The notes under the pieces were generated by a model. That model searched no databases and was not told the origin of the DNA. It saw only the letters and a list, made by a program, of their open reading frames with translations. Of a stretch of 64,000 nt of DNA, positions 14,941-26,932 are shown one piece after another. Position numbers and translations under genes: made by a program. Position 1 is the first letter of the stretch; every line of letters starts with the position of its first letter. The stretch is from Lytechinus pictus (taxonomy: Eukaryota): contig NC_087245.1 of NCBI RefSeq assembly GCF_037042905.1, positions 8,930,001 through 8,994,000 on the forward strand, written 5' to 3'.

Positions 14941-17900
14941 ATTCCCGATCGCATCATTCATTTTGTGCGATACGTAACCTCTCCATATGTCAAACAGTAT
15001 TTAAAATATGCCTTTTTTCGTATTATTCAGCTCGCACTTCGCGCTCGCATTAGTTGTGAAGTGAGAGAAAATGTCCCATCTTCAGGCCTGATTATCAACA
15101 ATTTTCAATGCATGCTTCGCGCTCACATTAATTGAATATAAAGATCAGTATTATGTTGACAAATTCATGCAAAGAATCTTTAAAATGTTCCTTTGTTAGG
15201 TCAGTGTGGTAAAAATGTCTTTTTGTCATTTAACAGCATGCAAAACAATGCAAATCTTAAATTAGAGTGAAAAAAAAACAGTCTAACTGTATTTTCTTAT
15301 ATTAATTTGTTATAATCCTTTCTTGATAAAAGAAAATGTACTAGAAAAGATAGAATTAGAATGATTGTAAATTCCCGATATGTAATCGAATTTATTGAGA
15401 AAATATTAATGCTTGTAATGCTAATAAATATACAATAAACGAAACGGTCATCAGTGAAGCTAAACAGCGCGAAAAAAAATATAACTAGAAATAAAGGGGG
15501 GTTATAGCAAAATTATCAGTTATAACACTTTAAGTACTTGAAAAGCTGTTAAGGAGTTTAACCCTTCCCCCTCGAAGTTCGAGTTCGATGTGACGCCCAT
15601 GGTCAATTGGACATAATCCGCACCAAAAGAAATAATGTTCACTTACCACTTTACCTGAAAGCAATCACAAAATACATTGTAAGGACGGATTAAGATTCAT
15701 AGTCATGTTAGTCAACTAAGACACCTCTAGCTAATAGTGTTCGCCGATCATAAGTAGAAGAATCAGAGGATGGCTGTAATTGCATTGTGAACTATACCAC
15801 TTTTGCCAGGAGGACTGTGCTCTGAAAAGAACGTTATTAGATAGACACAAGCAACTAGTTTTATGTAAATTATATCGAACGTTGGGAGAATGTTAACAGT
15901 TGAAGGGCAACTCTTTGGAAGATGAAAAGGATGAGTGTTAATTAAACAAAAAATGCATGGTTTGGAGTAAAGGACCATAATCAGCTATGTGACCACGAAA
16001 AAAATACATAATTTACATAATAATGATTGCAAGCATGAAATATTTGAAATAAATCCATAAAACAAGGATTCAATCAGGAAACAACTTTTAGAATATTGGA
16101 TTGAAACATGAAATGAAAAAAAAGGACAGTATAAGGAAGGGCGCTTGGTAAATTTAGAATGTCATGCGTGTGAATTATCCGCCTCGAAAAGGATTCTAGC
16201 TCGTATGCAAAAGCAAGAACGGAAGTATCAAATATGTACGAATGTGGCAATGTTAAAGTCACTTTTCGTAACAACTAAACAACCTTACAAAATTGGATGG
16301 GGATATTCAAACATACAGGATGACTTTTTATTTCTACTAGATAGAATGATAGTACTTAGAGAAAGAAAGGGGAAGTAGAAGAGGAGGAATAAGAGGAGAC
16401 AGACATAAGATCAGTATTACATCTGGTCTAAAGTTACTTAACCACAGACACTGTAAATAATACATGCACATCTTAACAACTGTATCTTGGCTTTAACAAG
16501 TCAGTCGCAGTATTTTGGAGTGGTGCACTGCCTTTCCGCATCGCATCTCTCATTTCGTAATGAGAGGCCATTCAAGTAGGCCCTTAACGTGCAACGACTC
16601 GTGATGAATTACATACCGAACTGAATTATTTATTCAGAAAGAATTGATTGAGTTGAACTTGTTTTTATAGATCAACAAAACCCGATATTGTGGTAATTAT
16701 GACAGCGATAGGGGCAATTAAAGGTTGTGATTTGAACGTTCTAACCGGATGCCTGTGAGACAATTCGTTTGACCTTGATTTCTGAAACGCGCCATGGTAA
16801 ACTTTCTTTACAACGATTCAAGGGAATCAAGTACAGTCGATGGAGAATGAAAGGCATGAAGGCTTCATGAAGGGCATAGACATTACGCCCGATTCACATT
16901 AATTGGGTTTAGTTGCTTTCTTGCTCTTAGCAAACCAGTATAAGGTAATTTTTGACGTCAAGTCAGTTTTCAAGGTCACGACATGAAGGACTTCATACCA
17001 CCTGACAGTATTGTTTTTAGAAAGTTTGTATTGACTTGCTGTTTTTCGCTGTGATTATCAGGGTGATAAAATAAACTTTTTTATGGAAACAATTGGCAAC
17101 TCCTATCCCTGCTTTAGAGTAGGCGTTGGTTTTATGGTTTATATTATTACCCGATTATTTTGAGGGCATTTGCGAAATTGCACCCTCTTGCACTTTTTTT
17201 TATCTTGGTGTGCGGGAGCAATAATTTCGACATTAAGATCGTAGAGTGCAATTATTGCAGGGCGATATAATTAGCACAATGGATTCCTTATAACGGCCGC
17301 CTTAAGTGTAGAACGTGTATTTTCTAAACTTCTTCCAAACACTGAAGAAACATGAATAACAGTGATAAGATGCAGATGAATATTTTTCAACTATAGTCCT
17401 GAAGCAGAAACTAAATTTTGGATAGGAAATTAAGATTTACCATGGTATGCTTACCAGGAGTGCATTGACGAGAGCTATACACTGACAGAGTCTATTATCT
17501 CCTCAAAAAATGTATAAATTGTAATCGTTACATTGGAAGTTATCTATTCATCGACATCGCATTTCAATAGTCTCTGGAAGTTTCCTAGTAGCTGATCTTG
17601 GAACAGCCAGCGGGGTAGTCAAAAGCGCTGGCTCAGGCTCGTGAGCCTAATCGGTAGCTGACCAGCGCATGGGGTCTGTACTCACTTGGTTCACTACCCG
17701 AAATAGTCTAAATCTCAGATCATAACATTATAATGTCTTAACCCACTATCAGTGTGGTCCAATTTACACTTGATCACTTTGCCAATACTCACTTGAGCAA
17801 ACTGCTAAAGTAGTTTAATCTAATGAAATAATGCTCAAAATCAACAAACAATCATTAAAGTGTACGTTACTAAAATCCAGCAAATCACTTGACATTATTT

Positions 17901-20900
17901 TGCACAAATTGGTAACATGAGAGCTCTGTCACTACCGGCGTAAATCGGTAAGGAATTCCAGTTGTAAAATAAAGCATTTACCAAAGTTAGCGGTAACTTG
18001 AAACTTCGCATTTTCGTAACTTCATATTTTGGTTTTGTCACCAAATTGACAATTAACGAAATTGTGCGGTAACCATCGTAACACACTCTGGTTAGGCAAT
18101 TTTTTTGCACAATTTAACCAGTTTCTGGAAAGATTTTCAACATGTTCAATGTGAAAGCAGTTTTTGTTGGTGCAAAGTTGCGCCCCCACAATAACCCTAT
18201 AGTTATGCAAATAAACGATAAAAAATTAATCTTTTTTCGAAACAATATGCAGAAGGAGTTGGAAGGGCAAAAATGAAAAAAAGAGAAAAAAGAGAGGGAG
18301 AATAGGTCGGGCCAAAAAGTAAATGATGGGGAAATATTTAAAACTTGTTAATGTAATTTACTTCCTCTAGATCTTCAGCTTAACTTATCTACCGAAACTC
18401 CAAATGCAGTACCAAATAGAGAGACAATTTCAGATAATTTAGCTTAGAACAAACTAAATAAGTCGACAGAAAGACGTCTGACCGACAATTGTTCTTTCAT
18501 AGCACATCAACGCTCACCTCTGTGTCTCTCCCTCTCTCGCTCCCTTTTCCATGTTTTTATTTTCTCCTCTCTGTCTCTCTTCGATCCCCATCTTCTCATC
18601 TTCATTCTGGTATGCCTCCTCTTTTATTTTACATTCTGATTGATTTGCCTCTCTTTTTACATTGTGACTCCTGATGACACCCATTGGGGGTACGAGGCCA
18701 TGAATGGTGTTGATCGGTAACCAAATTATTACCACGTTAATTACTACGGATCTACATTATTCAGTCCAACACATATGGTAAAGACAGTACAGGTTGTAAT
18801 GCTTGTCTTCAAATCGCCCGCCTTGATATCGTATTGCGCAATTCCTTGTCGCTTTCGCTAGTGCATTTGTGATCCCTGAAGTGCAATCTAATTCATTTAA
18901 AAGCAGATTATGAGCAATATTTGATTTATTATTAGCTTACCAGCTGACGAAAATGGTCAAAGCACTTTCATTTTTTTTTACTTTCTTTACAAATTCTGTC
19001 TGCTTATTTTATTCATTGTTATGGTGTAAAAAGGTATACATTTATTTATTTTTGTTTTGTTTTTGATATAAACGATATTTCCCTTTCTTCTCTTAAATAT
19101 TGTATGTATTCTTCTACTTTTTTCATCTTTATTGTTTTGGTATATTTTCCTTATTATTTAGTGGTAAGTATTGTCTTCATTATTATCATCATTATTAGTA
19201 TTACTATTATTATCATGTCTTCATTTTTATCATCATTATTAGTATAACTATTATCACTATTATTATTATTATTGAACAAAAGTTCTACCCACATTTTTCT
19301 TCATTGTTCATTTTCTATGATTGATTTAGAAGCAAGGTAAAAATTGAAATTTATCAAATCACGGCTGCAATTTTTGCATAGGCTTACCCTGTCATTTCTG
19401 TAGTACCTGCATGCGAGTACCTCAGAAGTCATGTTTGTTCATGATTTCAGATTTAATTTCTTGAAACACATGCGTCAGTTGTTTCCAGTCCGAAGCGCCC
19501 AAAGATGAATGGACGGAAATATATACGAAGTTACCAAGGGCGTCTCATTTTAATACTGTGATGCTGTCTCTAAGATCTTTCAATAGAACCTTTCTAGTGA
19601 TGATAAATTATTATTTCTTAAACATACAGACATATACGCTTGCAAATCCCCCACCCCCTCTCTCTCTCTCTCTCTGTCCATTTCTTCGCTGTTTCATCGC
19701 TTACAATGCGTAAAATCCGTGAAATGATCCCCGGTAGCTCATTGTCTTTTTAATTCCGATTCAACTTTGTTGAATGATTACGAGCCCAGTGAGGGAATTT
19801 TCTAGGACGATATGATTATAATTTGATATCTTTTGCAGATTTCTCTTCTTTTGTTTGGCATTATCTGAATTCGTTTCACTTTGACGCTTATATAACTAGA
19901 TTTTAATTATTTTCAACACGCCTCACCCATTGCCGAAAATCTAGAGATAACACAATGCATATCTTGATTACTCCATGGACCTTCTACATGTCCATGATTA
20001 CTCCGTATGAGTGATAAATCCTGACTTTTCGCATTTACTACGGGGAAACTCTCTACAACGCAATAATTCCTTTGATAATGCTAGTCAAATTACAATGGAG
20101 AGCTGAGAGGCTTTTGTCGAAAGTTGATGGACCGGGACAGCATCAGAATCTTGACTCTGGACAACGACATATTTGCAATTGTTCGTCCGTTGCAAATCCT
20201 CTCAGCTCTCCATTGTGATTATGATTGCATTTTCGTATAGGAATCGATGCATTGTAGAATTTCTCCATATTAAATGCGAAAACTACTCATTATCTCTACG
20301 AGTGAATGAGAAAAGCTTCCCAGGACGAGCGCTCACTTGGAATATTGAATCTGACATAATAAAAAAAATAAAGTCCTAAATTTACCTGATACCATGCACT
20401 AAACCAGCACAATGTCTATACCTCCACAAATGTTAATAGACATCATAACAAGAGACCCTTTGTCATTCTCAAGGTTTCCTGCTATTAAAGAATGAATTCG
20501 GTCACTTTTCAACATGACTAAAACACTCCGATGTTTCATCTGTATAAAGTATAACATTTTGAGAGTGTATCAAACTGACACAAATTATGTGTCCTCTATC
20601 ACTTTGTGATCATAAGAGTATATTGTAATCTATTGTAATACCGCATATCAAACACACATTGGCATGAATTGATTAGCACAGCATTCCGGTGTTTTATTGG
20701 AAATTCAAGAGCCGAGAGGTATCGGAACCTTTTATTTTCAATAATTGAAAGAGCGATGGGGGGCACGACACCGTCTCTATTTCATCTGGATGGGATAGTC
20801 CTTCGAATTTTAAAATTTTCATTTATTTATTTCTCATTTTAAGCTAATTCCCTACATTGAAGGTGAATCATATAAAATAATATCAGGATTGATGTTCTTT

Positions 20901-22392
20901 GAAGCCCCACACTCAAAATCAAAGTTAAAAGAACATCATAAATTACTCAAATTATCCGAAATATCTGAATATCATTACATAATCTTAGTCGATACCGGAT
21001 GTTCTATTTAATGTGATGTCATCAGTATTCTAGTCTGTTTGCAGGTGACATGGTCACCGGTTCAACTAAATGAAGATTAGATGATAGGTAAAAGGTTTGA
21101 AATAGATACTAATAGAAATAACAACAATGGCAGCGAATCGGATCGGATATCTGTGGCAATCAGAGGATAAATGCTCGGATCATTTCAGATAGGATGACTG
21201 AATGAGAACGTGAAAAATAGCGAAAATAATGCGACATGATTGTCCAAAGGATAGGGGTAATTCCCCACAAGAGACCTATGTATCATGCACGGGTGTATCA
21301 TTTTGCTAGTGAGAAAGGGCGGTAGTAGCTACTTCTGGTTTCCCTGAGGAAGTTGCAATATTACTGGAAACTTGTAGAATTAGGTCAATATGGCTATCAT
21401 ACAGGTAAAAGGGGAATGTCGAGTAGATTCGTAGAGATACCAAGTGATCGTCATGGGGAGCCATGAAAACGTTCACTTATTGATGATACTATAATCATAG
21501 GCGAAATCATGAATTAAAATTGTTTTAAAGTATAATGGAGAAGCATCTTTACCTTTAGCGATAAAAAAATCAAGTTACTTTTAAAGAGGCTAAATTGCAG
21601 TACCATGGAGCAGTTTTTAAATGTGTTTAAAAAAACACACCACATTTATATTTGTAATAGCCTTTGGGTTTAGTTTTATGATTGATTTAATAATAATTGA
21701 TTCCTATCAGTGATTTTTAGTCTCTCTTGTGCTTCTCTGACACCAAAATCAAGTTAAGCTTAAGACAATCCTTCTGAATGTTTATAAGTGATGAAAAGGG
21801 GGCTTTAATAGTCCAAATAACCAATGTTTAGGTAAATATGACTGTGTCCGACCGATAAAAATGTGCAAAATAACATACATGTATTTATTGTTTTAGAATC
21901 TACTAGAATTTAGGTTAATAATTACAATTTTTGTTCGATCGGACACAGATTTACCAACAATTTGGTTAATTTGACAAATCCAAAATTATTGCGTAAAACT
22001 AGAACAGACAAGGGGATGATATACATGTATGTATATCAGTATGGGATAACTAATTTAAGTAAGTGGAAGAGAGAGAAAGAAAACATTCGAGAGTTCAAGC
22101 AGGAGACAAAATAGACTAGAAGCTTAGATAACATAGCAACGCATTGCCGACGCCACTTTCTAATATAGTTATAAACTGATATTGTCATTTCTATAGGTAA
22201 TTAGGAATTTTCTGTTTCAAAATTTAAAAAATGACGCAAAATATATAAAAGGTAAAAGGATAACACTAAAAGTTAAGAGTTTAGGAAGGTATAGCGATCG
22301 AGGAGTAATTAAAAAGAAGTTAATTGTAAACTACCTTGTATGAGAATTGTAATAGCTGTCATCGGACTGGGAGGTTTGATGTAAAAACAAAT

Positions 22393-23220
22393 ACAAGTGG
22401 AGCTCCTCTGGCAGTCTCACCTGCATCACGCGATTCAATATAGCAGCAGTGCTGACTTTGAAAACTACTATAAAATGATTATTCTCAAAAAACACCATTT
22501 ATATAATGATACAATACTACGTTCATTGACCCTAAATTATATTTGACCTTGATCATGTGACCTAAGTCTTTTTAGTGATACTTGATTACCGCTATTTCCA
22601 CAATTCATAAACTATGTCCATAAACTTTGAAAGTTATGACAGCAATTTAATAATTACCTCCAAAATGGCCAAAGTTCAATGACCTTAAAGGACTTTTGAC
22701 TTTGGTTATGTGACCTGAAACTCGCATGAGATGTTCAGTGATACTTAATTACTCTTATGTCCAGGTTTTATGAACTATAAAGATGCATACACTTTCAGAG
22801 TTATGATGGTTATTCAACAAATACACCCAACATGGCCAAAGTTCATAGACCTTTGACCTTGGTCATGTGACTTAAAAATCGCACAGGATGTACAGTGATA
22901 CTTGCTTACTCTTATGTCCAAGTTTCACGAATCAGATCCATAAACTTTCAAAGTCAACAGATACCCCCAACTTGGCCAAAGCTCATTGACCCTAAATGAC
23001 CTTTGACTTTGGTCATGTGACTTGAAACTCGGGCAGGATGGTCAGTAATACTCGATTAACCTTATGTCCAAGATTTATGGACTATAGATGTCCATATACT
23101 TTTTAAGTTATGCCGTCATTTCAAAAACTTAACCTTCGGTTGAGATTAAGTGTTGACGCCGCCGCCGCCATCGGAAAAACGGTGCCTATAGTCTCACTCT
23201 GCTATGCAGGTGAGACAAAA
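22393..23220 (-). mobile_element. Helentron-associated non-autonomous element (HINE/DINE-1-like) with internal ~120-bp tandem repeats
   Basis: Minus strand order: tttt-GTCTCACCTGCAT (subTIR), nearby inverted GTGAGAC, (GGC)n microsatellite, tandem units containing aggtcaaaggtca-like motifs, ATGCAGGTGAGAC (subTIR), then ...ccacttgt. No TSD. Confidence 0.75.
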
Positions 23221-24736
23221 ACGAAGGGAAGAGACAACTATAGAGAAAAATCTAAATAACGAAAACTTGTAAAGGTGGAGGGACATTCTTGGCATTTAAC
23301 CTCCGCCGATGTTTGGTGAGAAATGCATTTGCTTTGGGGTTTCCCCTTATGAATAGTTTAACCTACTCTACTTCCTGAAGCTGATGTTAACTTATCATTG
23401 ACATACGAAGGATAGAAATGCTTAAATGTAACGCATGATTTTTGTAAATCTGCTGAAATTTTGCTATTTCAGTTTGAAATTCGATTTTCGCTCGACTTTC
23501 CCCCTCGTAGGATAATGTCCTATCTACTGCTGATATGAACTTACTAATACCATAATACATGCGGACTTTATCATCAATGACGATGTATCACATTGTCAAT
23601 CACCAGCGGCGATAGGTCACACACCTACTGCTCCACCATTTCCAATGGTGACCAATTTCCATCGATGATCTATCACCACTGGATTTGAAGACGCGATGTG
23701 ATGACGTCTGACTACCATGCTACCAATCACAAGTGGTGATAACTTGGTGGAGCTTCAGATAAAGCTTTATACAGCGCACCTATTTTCATTGTGACGTATT
23801 TAAAATCACCATTATACATTGGATATTTTGCTTTGAGGCAATTTATGTCACAATGCTGCTCGTTGGATTAGGAAACGTGCTACACATCGCAAGTGGATAT
23901 GACGTCTAAAATGACGTGTTAATGATCACCTGCTGCGATGGAATCGCTAGAGGTGACAGCGTTTAGATGGCATGTTACTGATCATCAGTGGCGATTGTTC
24001 GTGCTAGCCATTCCTACCGATGATAACAATGATTTCACCCTGTTTCATTGAAAATGTATCATATTGATCTTCGACTTTCTCCCCGTGTCTATTTTGCAGT
24101 CTAAAGCTGATATGAACTTGTTACATTTCAATAACTTGAGATGAGGCTAGTGTGATAAAATAAAAAAAAAAGAATACAAGCTTTAGGATTCAAGATATTA
24201 AGACTAATAATAAATAACACTAATAATAATTATAGGCCTACAGATAACGTAAGAGATGTTGTATTTCCAGACATATCATCGCGTTTAGAATTCATCTAAT
24301 TTATATCAAGATGTGCGAAAGTAGGGGTTTGCTTGAAAGCGAGAGAGAGAGAGAGGGAGGGGGGAGAAATTACGAGTGAGATGGTCATAATATTCCGCAT
24401 CACTGTGTAAAATATTGTTTTGGCGTTTTATCATTAAATGTAATGTATAAATTGATATCTAATGATGATATGAACATACCTAACTGACGTTAATATTGCA
24501 TTAAAACAAATACTACCACTATAGATTTTTTTATTTATGCTGCTGCTTTCACCCATCCCGCCCTTTTCCTGCTCCTTTTCTAACTACTACTACTGCTATT
24601 ATTACTATTACTACTACTCCTTTTACTACTACCAGTGGCGGATCTAGGGGGAGGTTAAACCTATACTACTACTGCTACTGCTATTGCTACTCACTTCATT
24701 AAATTATTTTACGACTTCTGCTGCAGCTTCTATCAC

Positions 24737-25504
24737 CAGAGGCGTCGATCCTGGGGGGGGGGGGGGCAGGGGGGCGATCGCCCCACCAATGAAAATATTG
24801 GGGGGGCAAACATAGCGTTTTGCCCCCCCCCAATAATTCCGCATGTGCAAAAAATAAAATAAGATTGTAATGTTACACAGAAATCAGCAAGCGAGATTGA
24901 ATACACAACTCGTTCTTCATCTAAAATCGTGTTCAAAATGTCCGCTTTTCAGATTGGAATTTTAAAAAATTTCAGCTCGCACTTCGCGCTCGCATCATTT
25001 CCAAAGCAAAAACCATACTTTTCATGATTAAATAGGTGAATAGAATGTCTGTTTTCAGTTCTAAACCCAAAAAGAACTCCCACTTCGATTTGCAATTTGC
25101 AATAATCTTTTGTTGGATATATATATCTTGTTCTTTATTAAAAACGTCCATTAAACTCATTTTTTTTTCAGATCGAAATATCAAAATTTTCAGCTCGCGC
25201 TTCGCGCTCGCATCTATTGTTTTTTTTTAGATACCCATCTTAATCATAGGTACCAAAATTTTTTAGAATATCAAGCTTTCATGTCATAATATAAAGAAAT
25301 TTCAGCTCGCGCCTCGCGCTTGCATTTAATTTGTTGGTGAGATATGTGTGTGTATATATATATGTGTGGGTGTGTGTGTGTATATATATTTATAGGCATA
25401 TATATGTGTGTGTGTGTGAGTTTGTTTTGTGTGATCGAGCGCCTTTGAAAAGTTGATTCATGATTTTGCCCCCCCCCAATCTGAAAAATGGATCGACGCC
25501 CCTG
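24737..25504. mobile_element. hAT-like non-autonomous DNA transposon
   Basis: TIR cagaggcgtcgatcc / ggatcgacgcccctg; perfect 8-bp TSD tctatcac (24729-24736, 25505-25512); three internal cagctcgcgcttcgcgctcgcat-like motifs. Confidence 0.9.
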
Positions 25505-25811
25505 TCTATCACCATTACCACCAACAACAGTATTACCACTGACACTAATACAACCGCCTCTCCTTCTTTCTCATCTTATACTTCTATCCCCACCACCACC
25601 TCCACCAATTATCTAACAAAGATATGAAAACATTGAAACAATAATTGTAAAAAAAATTAAAACAAAGATCTACTTCTACGGCTAATTCTACTTCACTACT
25701 ACTATATCACTAGAACTGTATTAAAAAACAATGGAATTTTAAGAACCTTCTAAATAAATAAAACTCTTTGAATACTATGTGACGTTTAATTTTGATCTAG
25801 TTCTTGCAACG

Positions 25812-26932
25812 TGTCACAGATAATGTAGATGAGAGTATTTTATAAGGCTATACACAAATAAAAAAGAATCGCACAGAAATTGAAAAGTTACAAGTTAGAT
25901 CGAGTTTAAATTCAAGAAGACAAATTGTCTAAACTTGTAAATTCAAATCAATATAAATCACATAATATAAAACAAATATCACAGATAGGTTGACAACAAA
26001 TGATTCTTTAAAATATGAAATAATTAGAAGGCTTAATTGATTAAGTGCTTGTGAGGGTCTTCACTCAATAGCAGAGTATTAAATTCAAATAAAAAAATCC
26101 GTAGTGATGATCTTAACTTAATTAAAGTACAAGATAACGGACCAGTTCATAAGTTCTTGAAAACGGCGAATAACTGAAATTCGTCAATCTAAAATGTAGG
26201 TGGTCCTCGTAGACGAAAGGTAGACTTTTGGTCCGATGACCAAGTCCTTGTATCCAGTGCCTTTCGATCACGGCCAATGTCTCATCAATTCGATGATGGC
26301 TTTAAAGCCAGCCTATGTATATACGGAGTTATTTCTGGTTATCGGAGATCCCGTTGCCTGCCGCCTCCTGAAAGGATCACGTCAAACGCCGACACTCTGC
26401 CCAATCGAGCTCCAAAGCAGCAAGAATGTTGGCTAGATATAAAGGGGGAAAATATACGCTAACACGCACATCAAGTTTCCCTCTCATAAGCAGTCAGACT
26501 CCTTTCCCCTGGGTTGGCAAAACAGGACTTTCTCCAAAAGCGGCGAGAATTGCTTCTGCCCACAATCGCTTTCTCTCCTTTCCACCACACATAGAATCGC
26601 GCCACCAATAACAAATCCGACAGATCACGTTCCCGTCATCAAACCACATGACCACTTCTCGTTCGTTCTCACTCCATTACCCTCATTACTCCATTATACT
26701 CGTAGCAACGAAGAAAAGGACAATTCGATTGAGTGGAATTACAAGACATTCGCGCGAAAACATTAACAAAACGCTTGCCTACTATAACGGCGGGGCTCTT
26801 ATAAAAGAACATATATTTGATGCATTCGAAAACTCGCCTGGTAATTAAGGAAAAATCAAAAAGCCCTAGGTAAAGCAGTAAATACTTTATTAAGGGGTGA
26901 AAAAAAAAACTTCAGTGCATTACATTTTGACA
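25812..26932. mobile_element. Probable solo LTR (1121 bp)
   Basis: TGTCA...TGACA termini; 5-bp TSD caacg (25807-25811, 26933-26937); non-coding and GC-richer than the flanks. Confidence 0.75.

Noticed and set aside
26236..26848. Cluster of short ORFs in a GC-richer block, suggesting a gene or promoter
   Set aside because: Lies within a TG..CA, TSD-flanked probable solo LTR; the peptides have no recognisable features.
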